NCBI RefSeq assembly: GCF_009914755.1
Contig: NC_060939.1
Length of the DNA stretch: 64,000 bases
From: the human T2T-CHM13v2.0 reference genome, Homo sapiens
Reading direction: 5' to 3' (one strand)
A program made the translations under genes and the position numbers. Position 1 is the first letter of the stretch. The number at the start of each line of letters is the position of its first letter. This document shows, piece after piece, positions 1 through 12,399 of this stretch. The notes under the pieces are model-generated. The model did no database searches. It had not been told where the DNA came from and was given only the letters and a program-made list of their open reading frames with translations.

Positions 1-54
1 TTATTATATTGTAAGCTTTATGAGGAAGGAGTTTGTTTCTAGCTAAATTTTAGA

Positions 55-375
55 ATGTTATATATATGATTTAACACATAAAATATATTTACATATAGAT
101 GCATGTAAATATGTGTATATATAAATATATAAATGTGTATATATTTATATTTACACACATGTATATATGTGTATATATGTGTATATAAATTACATATATA
201 CATATGTGTTATAAAGCAAATGTATATACTACATAGATACATATAATGTGTAATATATTTATATACATATGTGTGTAAATATAAACAAGTTATATATTTA
301 TATATAAACATACAACATATATAAAATATATGTAAATATATAAATTATTATATAACCATAAATATATATATATTT
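55..375. repeat. AT-rich (TA/TG/CA)n low-complexity tract
   Basis: Degenerate TATA/TGTA/CATA repeats are visible directly; ORF 39..311 is a Y/I/H-rich artefact of them. Confidence 0.9.
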
Positions 376-3300
376 ATTACTGCTGGGTTACTACTGCAAG
401 AACATTTCCTGCTAATGGCATCCACCCAACTTTGAGAAGTACTCTCATTCCTTATACTTCTACAAGTACTTTTTTCCAACTTCTCACATTCTTGCGACTT
501 ACTCAGAATAGAGCGTAAGCTTACACATTCACTAACATCCTTATCTTTTTCTAATTCTTTTTAGGCATTATTTTCTTATAAATGATTTTTAATTCTATAA
601 AATGAGAGGACACAGATTTATATCAGAAGAGATAAGGCCAAGGGAAATACTATGTTTTCAGAGGCATGATTAGCTCCTTTAATACTTTTGTTATTTGCTC
701 AGAAAGTGACAGAAACATAATCCTGAATGGAATGTCTACTGCAGCTCTCATGAATGACTTGGTGGTGCATATAGTCTTCGGTATCTGGGGAATACAAGTA
801 CATAGAGGAAACATGACTAATTTGGTTTCCTGCCTCAGGAAAATCAAAGTTATGGGTAAACACTTGGCTCCTGTAGACAAAAGTTAGTAAAACAATGGCT
901 TCTATTCTACAGATTTATTTGACTTAACAATTTTCTTGCCTGTAGAGTTAAGAATTGAGACAAAACCTTACCTAGTTGCCAAAGAAAATTCCCAGGGCAT
1001 AATCTGATCTCAACATAAGGCTTTTGTCACAGGAAAAGAGACACAAAAAATGACAAATGCAGGTACAGTCTGGATGGAACACAGCATGCCTTTCTTGAAA
1101 TGGAAAGGACATCTGCTTGTTGCCTATTTGTATATGCTTCCCATTCACTTTAATGCTTAGAGAATAAAACAGATTGGGGATCTTGGGAAACAGGGTTCAA
1201 ACTATAAGAATCCCTACTGGCTGTCCTGTAGAGAGTTAATAGCTAATGTGGATAGAGGCAGTGACCAGCCTCCATTTCATCTTCCTATTGTCTGCTAGAG
1301 CAGCATGTAATCTATTTCAGGCATCTGCAACTGGAGGGAAAACATGCCAATTATTTTTATTGATCTAAAGCCTTCACAGGTGGGACACCTTGCCAGGGTG
1401 GCATATGGAAATTTAGATAAGGAAACGATTGCAGAGACACGAAAAGGGCTTTGCTATTCGGAAGGAATGTGTAGGCCTTAAAAAAATGAACAGACACTTG
1501 GTATTCCAGAGCTTAAGAGCACCAAAGATGAATTATGCAGTCGCAGCAATGGAAATTGATTACTAAGCCTTCGATGAGTCACATGCCTTAGGAATTAAGT
1601 ACCCCAATCTATTATTGTCAGTATCCTGATGGGTCAACCAGGCTGTGAATGGGAATTTGCATTAAATTGATTTGAGTGTTTTTTCTTGAACTAACATCAC
1701 TCAATCAAGGGACACATTCAGACAGAGCTAGATAAGTCTGACTGAATTTGATTTGGAAAAGCAGAGTAGCAAGGAATTAGCAGGCAGAATTTAAAAATGC
1801 CATAAATCTGGCATTGCAAACTGGGCTGGGAAAAGCAGGTGACCAATCTCTGTGCCACAAACAGTGTATAAAATCAAAGCAAATTTGTTTCTCATCTCCG
1901 TAGCATGTTGACATAGTCATGGATTGCAAAAATCATCAGGTAACACAGAGGGCTGCTTCCATAAGATCTGATCCAGAAACAATGAAGTATTTGCCATCTA
2001 TTCAGGGCCAAGAGTCTATATTTCTAGCATACATTTGCTGTGCAATGATCTTTTGACCCCAGGAAAGTCACTTACTTTACATGTAAAGAAGCTTTATGTG
2101 AAGAGGGTAAGTAAACTGGATGACCTCAGATCCACTCAGGTTTAACACTGTGTGATGATGTGGGTCCAAAAATATCAAGTGACAAATTTCACTTAGACAT
2201 TTGATGTTCTTTGCAGTTTAGATGCCGGGATCCACAAGGAGCTTTAGTTGTAATGTGTACCCTGTCATGACACATAAGTGATGGTTTAGGGAGGGCATAA
2301 ATCCCCAGGGGCTATGGTGGGTTGGGAAGTTTTGAGATGGATTTTGAAAGACACTGATTGAGGCATTGATGCTCAAAATGATTTGGATTCATTAACAAAT
2401 TGTGAATAAAGTAAGTTCTTTTTTATGTACTATTAACCATTCACCTACATATGCTAATAAGGATTCAGTTATTTTCTTAGAATGGTAGGGAAAGGGCATT
2501 AAACACTTACAGGATAGTCATTTACAGTAAGAGTAAAATGTGAATTCTCAGAGAACCTACATCATCTTTACATTTTAGCTTGATCTAGAAAACACATGTA
2601 ACTTTGACGTATTGTAGTGTTGTTCTTAGTTGGTTGAAGAATACTTAGAATGATCATAACTCACTAATGTTCACCTGTACTAACCACTAAGCTAAAAATT
2701 TGGTAACATGAGGTTACTGGTTTACTGATCAGGCAGGACTTGGGGGAGTAGTAGATGTCCTGTTATCAGTGTCTAGAGTCTCTTTCATTTCCATTCTGTC
2801 TGTTCCTAGGATTGTCATGGTAACATTGTCATGGAATCCTTACTGTTGATCACTGCCTGGCAGAAGTCTGACAAGTACTAGAATATAGGCTGTATTGCTC
2901 CATTCCCCTTTTATGGCTCCCTCTGCTATTGCAAAATATAGAAATCACTGACAATGAATGTGTCTTTAATCATGCTGTAACTTAGTATTCATAGAACATA
3001 CATCTTTAGATGTTTAGGCTATATATTTGCTTGGTTTAAAATACAGGAAATGTTTCTTAAAGATCAATACCTTAAAAATTACTTTATCCCTTGAAATTTG
3101 CTCTTAAGCAGAAGTTGGTAAACTTTTGGAGACAAATCATTTGCACAAGAAATCTCATCTTCTGAATATGTTACCATTTGAAGCTATAGCACTCAATATT
3201 TTTTCCTCATGGCAAATTAGGGTTGTTCAGTCAAACTCCATTCAGGTTGAAGCACAGGTTCTATTGAATCCTTGTTTGAACTAGAAATCTAGCTATTAAA

Positions 3301-3784
3301 GTCCACAACAGTACACTAAAGATAAAATTACTGTGTTATAATACCCTAGTGAATGTATGGAGTGTATTGAAGCCCAAATGACAAAGTTAGATAGAAATCA
3401 CGCAAAAGAAGTTGAGAATCCATTTTCAAGTATGTAAAAGTGTAGTCAGGAAGTGATTTTCAAATAGTATGAAATGTGTATATCATCCTTGTCTATTAAA
3501 CCTATAGAAAGAGCCTGGGGAAATAAATGTAGAGATAACACTATTTGTATTACTTCCAGTACCAAGGGGAGATGATCTTAGACTCAGTATTCAGTAGGTC
3601 TTCAGACATGTTTAGGATGCCCCAGGAATGTGCAGATCTGCGTTGGAAGGGTAGAAACGGGAATGAAAGCAAATGGTAAGGATCCATGGAACGAAATATG
3701 GGGTGGAGATAGCAGCGTTTCCACCAAACTTCTATCGAAATTGGTAGAAATTAGTCTGGAAAAGTATTTGATTAACATTTCCTC

Positions 3785-3801
3785 AGCCACTAGGGGGCCT
3801 C
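3785..3801 (+). promoter_or_regulatory. CTCF-motif match (CCACTAGGGGGC core)
   Basis: AGCCACTAGGGGGCCTC; 3787-3798 fits the CTCF core CCASYAGRKGGC exactly. Binding is not shown. Confidence 0.55.
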
Positions 3802-4043
3802 AGTTGAATGTGTGTTGTTTATCTCCTGGCCCTTCTTCCTCAAGCTGCGCTGCCTCCCCATTCTGATCCTAGAAAGATAAATTGCTGGTCAGTGTTTATA
3901 CAGATGTCATGGTCCCAGTTGCCAGTTGCATCTATAGTGACCTTCAAAGAGAGGAGACAGAAATAAGCGAGAACGTAGGCTCACTTTTGTGGTTCACCCT
4001 ACTTAAGAGGGACTGTATTTCTGAATAACAAAATCCTACAGGT

Positions 4044-4350
4044 GACCGGGCGCGGTGGCTCATGCCTATAATCCCAGCACTTTGGGAGGCTGAGGCGGCG
4101 GGGGGGTGGGGGAGAAATCACCTGAGGTCGGGGGTTCGAGACCAGCCTGACCAACATGGAGAAACCCTGTCTCTACTAAAAACACAAAAAATTAGCCGGG
4201 CGTGGTGGCGCATGCCTATAATCCCAGCTACTCGGGAGGCTGAGGCAGGAGAATCGCTCCCGGGAGGCGGAAGTTGCCTTGAGCCGACATTGAGCCATTG
4301 CACTCCAGCCTGGGCAACAACAGCGAAACTCCGTCTCAAAAATAAATAAA
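4044..4350 (+). mobile_element. Alu, AluSp-like, full length
   Basis: Two-arm Alu with AluSp-type GGTCGGG, CTGACCAACATGGAGAAACC and GCAACAA.AGCGAAACTCC; TSD AAAATCCTAC(A/T)GG at 4030-4042 and 4350-4362. Confidence 0.95.
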
Positions 4351-4479
4351 AAATCCTACTGGCTGCTTTTACGTATGAGGTGCGGTGTTGTGGAAAGTCA
4401 TAATTTTTCAAATAAATCCATGTTTATACTTTAACCATTAAGTCATGGAAAATAATGATAGCCAGGAACCAATCTAAAA

Positions 4480-6470
4480 TTCAGCAAAAAGAAGTCAATA
4501 CAATATTATGTTCTAGGTTCTAGAATGTATGGAAACCATATCAAGCAACAATTTAAGTCTGGGGTAACTATTAAACTCTTCAGAGACTTTCCCCTGGAGT
4601 GACTGAGGCCATGATTACCATGCCCTTCTCTGGCTAGGGTTGTAGGAATTTTTCCATTTATAGTGATAATTGGGCAACTCAGTTCCAAGAAGTACCCAAG
4701 TCGGCCACCTGTGTAAAAGCAGTCCTAACTCCTCCTCATGATCAGGGTCAAGTTCCTCTACCAAGATTGTGACTTTTTTCTTACTTTCTAATTCCTGGAT
4801 ACAAGTAGGCCAAAGTGCCCTTGAGCCAACTATAGCTTACCATTCAATGAGATACTTGCTATGTTTTGCATGAAAGTGTTAGCACTTTGGGCATCAGAAC
4901 CTTTCCCTGCAGCAACTTTGCACTGTCCCCTTCCTGAAGACGAAATATTGTGTTTGATTTACCCCTTTGGCTATTGGTGGGGCAGTTTTAGAAGCTTCCA
5001 CGTAGCCTGTAGGATTAAAGATTTCACAGGGGAAAGCAGCAACCCTAATATAGAAGTTTCACCAATTGTCAAACATGCTAAGTTCAATTATGTATCCTGG
5101 AAGTATGGAGATGATCACCATATAGGTCTGCAGATCAAGCTGACCCATTGTAAAGTGGACATTAGCCATTTATTATCTGGCCCTTATGTGCTTCAACTCT
5201 AACAGAGGGCCATCATACTGCTTTGGGCTTCCAGGTTTCATTGTCAATTCATACCCATTTTCAAACAATCCTTAAAATGTTTGGGAATTCTCTTTTTCCT
5301 CAATGTTTAGTTTCCTTGAGTAAATGGCCAAAAGACCCTTTGGGGAAAATAATCAAATATTACCATGTATAGTACCTAAGACTTTGTAGGAATCTTCATA
5401 ATACAGACTGGGTCTGAAAACTGGTTCACATCTAGAAATTGCATAATGAATTATGACTTTTTAATGGGGTGCCCTCCCTCAGACTCCTTGACATCCATCA
5501 TTTATTTCCTTTGTTGGTACAAGTTGAGTAGTATCCTTGTTGGCTGCCCGCCTGTTTTGCTCCTAGGGTGGTTGCTATGTTCCATCAACCATCAACACAG
5601 TTTTTTGTGAGTTAGGTCCCTTTGATTGCCACTCCAGTCTTTCCACTCACCATGATAATTGTGGCCTTTTGGCTTGGCTTCTATGTTTTGGGGTCTTATC
5701 CCCTTTACCATAACTAAGCCAAGTTCCATAACAACATTTCCAAACATCATGCCTGATGTATAGTGTAAAGCTGCTGTTTCACATCTTAATGAGGCTGGTG
5801 CCCTTCTCAATAGCATTTTTTTTTTCTGGTATTAGTAAATGGTGTCTGCCATGAGCTTTCTTCTGGAGTATATCACCTGGCAGGTCTTCAAGTGAATATA
5901 GTATAGCCATTCTACCATGCTGCCTTTCCTAAGTATTTTAATCCATTCTTCAACCATCTTCCATGTAAAAGCTAGGATTTTGCTTCTCCAGCATAGGCCA
6001 TTTTTTCTCTGTATTTCTAGGAGTCATGGTAGTAACAAGTTCATACTATTTCCTGGAATTCTTGCTAAGATGTTAAACTGTGTATCTCTCCCATGTCAAT
6101 ATATTTCTTACCCAATTTTAACTCCCTGGAGATGGAGTGAAGAGTTTATTGACTTGGGGGTATTCTGGCCCCCTTAAACCAGCACTGTTATAATTCAGCC
6201 TCATGTGTATGCCCTTGATTTCTGCCCATGCATTCTGGCTATACTTTGCAGGTCCTTTGTGGCATAGTCTCTTTCTTCCCTCTTCAACCAAGTATATCCT
6301 TGGGCTATGCTGTCAGCTTTGACAACTGACTGCCATCTTGTTCTAGAGGCTGTCTTTGTGTTCCATCTACTGCCAGTGATGGGGTCCTCATTGTGAGCCA
6401 GGCAGCCAGCAGTGCTTTAGCTCCAAAGCCCCATCTTATCACCCACTCTCTGACTGTTCTCAATACCAAC
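4480..6470 (-). mobile_element. Degenerate ERVL (HERV16-like) internal gag-pro relic
   Basis: Minus-strand translations resemble ERVL Gag: WKMVEEWIKILRKGSMVEWLYY (~5895-5965), LLRRAPASLRC..GNQRDLT (ORF 5592..5816) and QFLDVNQFSDP (~5408-5440). It abuts an LTR16-type LTR. Confidence 0.7.
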
Positions 6471-6474
6471 TCTC

Positions 6475-6870
6475 TTAGTTTTGGTTTTCTGAAAGGAAAC
6501 ACTGAGATGAAGTTTGGGGTATGTTATATTTATTAGGAATCAATACCTGTGAAAGAAAAGTGAAGGAGGCATGATTGGGCAGAGGAAGAAATAAAAATGA
6601 GAGGCAGGCCCAACAGAGCTTTAGCTAACCTTGCAGAGAGCTCTGGTGCAACGACTGCACATCAGAGTTGCATAAGTCAGGAAGGAATTGCCTCTTTTAT
6701 ATTTCTTTACTGAATTTCCAGGTGTGAGCTCTCTGGGGAAGAGAATGACCTTGGGCAAGGCAGCTCTTTGCGGGCAAGGCAGCTCTTTGCAGCCAAGGCA
6801 GACTTTGAAGGAGCTGACAGCCAAAGGCTGTTTGCATTATCTATTGTGATTGGTAGACATGGGAAAACTC
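6475..6870 (-). mobile_element. LTR16-family ERVL LTR (5' LTR of the adjacent relic)
   Basis: Blocks CTGAGATG..TTTATTAGG..ACCTGTG..GATTGGGCAGAGGAAGAA..GAGCTCTGG..TGACCTTGGGCAAGGCAGCTCT match reverse LTR16; 19-bp tandem duplication at 6753-6790. Confidence 0.7.
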
Positions 6871-7719
6871 CCTCCTCCTCCCTGCTTCAAGGAAGGACTT
6901 CCTGCCAGGTTGCAGTCAGGAAACTGTACTTTTTGTGCCAGCATTTACTTTTGAGAAGTTAATGGCAGGGGTCGCATGGTAAAGGGAAGTGTTGAAGAGG
7001 AAGGGATTTTCTTTCTAGATATGGTATGGTGGGGTACTATCTCTAATTTTAGTGAAATTAACTTTAGTTCTGGCTTGACTGCACCCTAGTTCCACAACTT
7101 TTTCCAAGACAATTTCTCTTTCTCCATTAATGGTCGAAGGAGTGAGTACAAAAATGCTGGTCGGATCAGCTCAGAAACCATCTTGCAAATGCTGTCAGGT
7201 TACTTCACATGAAGTGCTCTATGAGAAATGAAAACTGTCAGCCTGTGCTTGGGAATCCATACGTTTCATTGTCAATACTTTTTCAGTTCTGAAGTTTCAT
7301 AGAAAGGAAAGAAGTTGCTTTCCATTCCTCTCTTATACTTTCTCAAATTCTGACACCTAGAACCCTATATGTAGTGGTTTTCTCTTGATGTTTTTGCAAT
7401 TTGTCAGGGCCCGAAGCCAAGCAGCTTTCTTTGGTGACCATCAGTTCTAGAATTACAACTTTCTGGGGTATATAAATAAGTACTTGTAGCTTGGTGTGGG
7501 AAGTCTTGGTATTTTTACATGGAAACATATCTCATGGAAGCAAATCTTTGCATAAGCTTGTTGAAAATAGTTTAAACACATTTTCTCTATGGTTTTCCAG
7601 ATGGTTTTCTTGGTCACAGTGATTTTTTGTTTTTTTTTTTTTTTGCAGAGAAGAATCCTATATTTATGATTATCTATATAGTAAATCTATAAAAATATGG
7701 ACTAAACAGTATACTTGGC

Positions 7720-9045
7720 TTTTGTAAAAATACATCAATGTTCTCATACTGTGTATCTTCTGGCACTTACTTCCTCCTGCCTACTTTCTCCCATTTAGTT
7801 TTTAAAGAGCTACCTTATCCATGTTTATATACCTATCATATGTATATTTGTGTGTATATAAATATGTATGTAAATATACACATAGGTGTGTCACACAAAC
7901 ATATCTACTGAGAAATTGATTATAGCCCAATTTATCAATTTTTTAAAATTGACATCCAGGTGGATTCCTATTTTTCACTATTGTACATTTTACTGTGATA
8001 AATGTCATATATATTCTTGTACAGACACCCATAAGATTCTCTGGAAAGTGTTTCTAGAAGCAAAAATACATGTATTCCATGATCCAGAAGCAAATTTTGA
8101 GAAAGCAATTTGGCAATATGTCCTAAAAGGCTGTGCCAATTTATAGTCCTATTAGTAGTTTGGTAACAAATCTGAAAATTACAACTCTCAGTTTTGTCAA
8201 TCTGATGTCTCTCTATATCCCAAGGTAAATTTATTTTGTATTACTTCGATCAATACTTGGATTGAAGGTCTTTTATGCCCACTGGCCATTTTGATGTTTT
8301 CTTATTAATTTTTCTCGTCATTTCTGCCCAGTTTTCTACTGGTTGCCTTTTCTTATCAGTTTCTAGGAATTCTTTAATTACACGAATTTGATCCTTTAGT
8401 GTTCTTGTTCCAATTATGTTTCCCTTGATCTGTGGCTTGTATATTTTACATTTCACAGTAATTGCACGTATTACATAAAAAGCAAATAGTTTAAACACAT
8501 TTCCTTAATTAACTTTGTTTGGTTTATCTAGGAAGCCCTTTCCTAGTGTGTGTTAATCAAGATATTTGCCTATGTTTTCTTTGTTTTTAATTTTTTTCAG
8601 ACTTAGGCCTCCTGGAAAATTCTTTGAAAAAAAAAAAACTATTCAGTCCATCTCAATAATTGTTTTTATGATGGGAGGTAAGGATCTGAGATTTACTGAG
8701 TAGTTCTCCTCCATTAATTAGTGTTTCCATCTCTGTAGATACCATACATTTAAGCCTTTTTTGTGCTTTATGTTTGGTGCTATCGGTCTGGTTATCACCA
8801 CTTCCAAGCCCCTTCTACTGCAGCATACACAGTCTATACTCAGACCATACCAGTTAAATTACTCTGGCTTTATTTTAAATCTTCTATGAGGTATGGCAAA
8901 TGCCTTCCTTATTTTTTAAAAGTGAACACGCTATTTTAATTTGTTTATGTGAATTTTATAAGTAGCATGTTTAGTTCTATGAAAAATCCTCTTAGAACTA
9001 AATCGCATTTAATTTACTATTTATTTGTGGGAGAACATTGACCAT
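7720..9045 (-). mobile_element. Ancient L1M (L1ME-like) fragments
   Basis: T-rich, diverged antisense L1 3'UTR/ORF2-like phrases (e.g. AGGCTGTGCCAATTTATAGTCC, ATGTGAATTTTATAAGTAGC). Confidence 0.5.
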
Positions 9046-9177
9046 CAGGTTTCATAGTAATGGATGAGAAGACTCAAAATCCTCTCTCCCTTTAAAGTTT
9101 TAATAAGGTTAACAAAAGAGCAATATAATTCTTCCCTTAAAATTCTTAGGAGCAAAGCTAATATTAAATCTTTTAGG

Positions 9178-10568
9178 TTTTTTTTTTGTTTTTTTTTTAG
9201 TATTTATTGATCATTCTTGGGTGTTTCTTGGAGAAGGGGGATTTGGCAGGGTCATAGGACAATAGTGGAGGGAAGGTCAGCAGATAAACATGTGAACAAA
9301 AGTCTCTGGTTTTCCTAGGCAGAGGGCCCTGCTGCCTTCCACAGTGTTTGTGTCCCTGGGTACTTGAGATTAGGGAGTGGTGATGACTCTTAAGGAGTAT
9401 GCTGCCTTCAAGCATCTGTTTAACAAAGCACATCTTGCACTGCCCTTAATCCATTTAACCCTTAGTGGACACAGCACATGTTTCAGAGAGCATGGGGTTG
9501 GGGGTAAGGTTATAGATTAACAGCATCCCAAGGCAGAAGAATTTTTCTTAGTACAGAACAAAATGGAGTCTCCTATGTCTACTTCTTTCTACACAGACAC
9601 AGTAACAATCTGATCTCTCTTTCTTTTCCCCACATTTCCCCCTTTTCTATTTGACAAAACCGCCATCGTCATCATGGCTCGTTCTCAATGAGCTATTGGG
9701 TACACCTCCCAGACGGGGTGGCGGCTGGGCAGAGGGGCTCCTCACTTCCCAGACAGGGCGGCCGGGCAGAGGCATCCCCCCACCTCCCGGACGGGGCGGC
9801 TGCCGGGCGGAGGGGCTCCTCACTTCTCAGGCGGGGCGGCCGGTCAGAGATGCTCCTCACCTCCCAGACGGGGTGGCGGCGGGGCAGAGGCACTCCTCAG
9901 TTCCCAGACGGGATCGCGGCCGGGCAGAGGCGCTCTTCACATCTCAGACGGGGCGGCGGGGCAGAGGCGCTCCCCACATCCCAGAGGATGGGCGGCCAGG
10001 CAGAGATCCTCCTCACTTCCTAGACAGGATGACGGCCGGGAAGAGGCGCTACTCACTTCCCAGACTGGGCGGGCGGCCAGGCAGAGGGGCTCCTCACATC
10101 CCAGACGATGGGCGGCCAGGCAGAGACGCTCCTCACTTCCAAGACGGGGTGGCGGCTGGGCAGAGGCTGCAAACTCGGCACTTTGGGAGGCCAAGGCAGG
10201 CGGCTGGGAGGTGGAGGTTGTAGCGAGCCGAGATCATGCCACTGCACTCCAGCCTGGGCAACATTGAGCACTGAGTGAGCGAGACTCCGTCTGCAATCCC
10301 GGCACCTCGGGAGGCTGAGGCTGGCAGATCCCTCGTGGTCAGGAGCTGGAGACCAGCCAGGCCAGCACTGTGAAACCCCGTCTCCACCAAAAAATACGAA
10401 AACCAGTCAGGCGTGGTGGCACGCCTGCAATCCCAGGCACTCGGCAGGCTGAGGCAGGAGAATCAGGCAGGGAGGTTGCAGCGAGTGGAGATGGTGGCAG
10501 TACAGTCCAGCCTGGGCTTGGCATCAGAGGGAGACCGTGCAAAGGGAGACGAGGGAGAGGGAGAAGGG
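9178..10568 (-). mobile_element. SVA retrotransposon, full length, old (SVA_A/B-like)
   Basis: Poly-T 9178-9198 and TTTATT 9203-9208; SINE-R ~9200-9695; GC-rich VNTR ~9700-10165 (CTCCTCACTTCCCAGACGGGG units); Alu-like ~10165-10540; AGAGGG hexamers 10543-10568. TSD is ambiguous and may merge with the T-run. Confidence 0.95.
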
Positions 10569-11247
10569 TATTTTTTTTATTCTCTTTTATTTTTCTACTT
10601 TATTTTTGCAAAAATATAGAAATATTTGATTTTAATAAAGTTTAGAGACAAACCTGTAGAACTCATAGGAGTTATTGGTTCTTTGTGGTAATTATAACAT
10701 TTGCAATCACTCATCTTGTTTCTTTATTCTTTCTTTTTTTTTTAACCATGCCATAAATTATTATTTTAGCTATTTGAGGGAGTGGAGAATAAGAAAAAGA
10801 GCCATGTCCTTATAATACCAAAACAATTTGGTAGCTCAAAAAGCTCTGTTAAATTGGTTGTAAAATAGCTGTTTGTCTAATATATTTACTAAGATTGAAT
10901 TATTAGATCTGGAATCCAGGCAGGTAATTAGATCATGATATCAAAATTCTACCCGAATTATTTCCTTACCGAGGAGGACAGCAGTGGCATGCAGGATGTC
11001 TGCAGCATGGTGGAGTTATGGTAGACTTTGGACAAGTGGTAGTTGGCTTCAATGACTTGGAGCTAGGCCTGAAGAGGGGTTTCAGAACAGTTTTAAAATT
11101 CACATATTCCAAACCAGAAAAAGGCCTTTAAGCCCAGGTCAACCAATGGCCTTTTATGTGTAACAACCTCCAATTTAAAGATGTTGAAATCCTAACTCTC
11201 TTTATTATCGAGTAATTAAGCAATGTAAAGGAGATCATCATTGATGG

Positions 11248-11667
11248 TGATATGGTTTGGCTCTGTGTCCCCAACCAAATCTCATGTTCAATTGTAATCC
11301 CCAATGTTGGAGGTGAGGCCTGGTGGGAGGTGATTTGATCATGGGGGCAGTTTCTAATGGTTTAGCGTCACCCCCCAGTGCTGTCCTTGTGTTAGAGTTC
11401 CCACGAGATCTGGTTGTTTAAAAGTATGTGGCACCTGCCCTCTTGTTGTCTTCCTCCTACTCTGGCCATGTAAGACATGACTGCTTTCTCTTTACCTTCT
11501 GCCATGATGGAAAGTTTACTGAGGCCTTCCCAGAAGTCAAGCAGATAACAGCAAGCATCATGCTTCCTGTACAGCCTGCAGAACTGTGAGCCAATTAAAC
11601 CTCTTTTCTTTATAAGTTACCCAGTCTCAGGTATTTCTGTATAGCAGTGTGAGAATGGACTGATATA
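11248..11667 (+). mobile_element. MST (MSTA/MSTB) MaLR solo LTR
   Basis: Runs TGATATGGTTTGGCTCTGTGTCCCC to GAGAATGGACTGATATA; ATTAAA signal; 5-bp TSD GATGG at 11243-11247 and 11668-11672. Confidence 0.92.
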
Positions 11668-12109
11668 GATGGTTAGTGGCATCACAAGGTGACTGCAACT
11701 CTGGTGCATATTCATAGTAAACTCATACTCATTTCCTGAAAACCTTCCCAAGGCATCAGTCATCAGACCTCTAGAAAGATCACTGGTTTTGAGGGTCTTC
11801 ATCTTTAGTGGTCAGCTATGAAGAGGACAGTTCTGTGATCTGCAAAATTTCTTAAACCCTATCTAAGGCTTCTGTTACCATGACTTGGGTGTTTTCTTGG
11901 GCTGTGCTGATAATATTTATAATCCCTGTGGTGGGAGACTCAATAGTCATGGAGTGGACTTCTGCCATGGAGAGATAGTAATGATTCTATAGGCTTAGTA
12001 CATCACTGCCTCAAGGAGATATCAAATTCACATCAATGGACTCTTCCCTCCTTCTTTTGTATCTGAACAAATGAGGATCTGTATAATAATTGTCTCCTGA
12101 ATCATGATG

Positions 12110-12392
12110 AACTTTGTGAATGTGATTGTGGAGGCCAAGAAGTCCCATGTCATGCTCTCTGCAAGCTGGAGGACCAGAGAAGCTGATGGTGTAACTCCCA
12201 CATGCATTATCTAACATCAGTTTGAGTCCAAAGGCCTGAGGACCAGAGGAGCTAACGGTGTGACTCCCACTTCTAGACCAAAGGCTTGAGAACCAGAGGA
12301 GGAGCTTGTTCTTGAGTCCAAAGGCTGGAGAACTTGGAGTTCTGATGTTGGAAGGCAGGAGAAGATGAATGTCCCAGCTCCAGAAGAGAGCC
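12110..12392 (-). mobile_element. MLT2-family (ERVL) LTR fragment
   Basis: GGAGGCCAAGAAGTCCCA..TCTGCAAGCTGGAG..GAGTCCAAAGGCCTGAG..GCAGGAGAAGATGAATGTCCCAGCTC, typical of reverse MLT2. Confidence 0.75.
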
Positions 12393-12399
12393 TTGTTTG

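Noticed and set aside
2050-2290. Possible exon (GTAAGT at ~2107, TTTGCAG at ~2216)
   Set aside because: The donor precedes the acceptor and lies in a MIR-like remnant; no coherent coding exon can be supported.
9651-10645. ORFs up to 190 aa, G/R/P-rich
   Set aside because: They lie in the SVA VNTR and Alu-like domain; stop-poor GC repeats, not genes.
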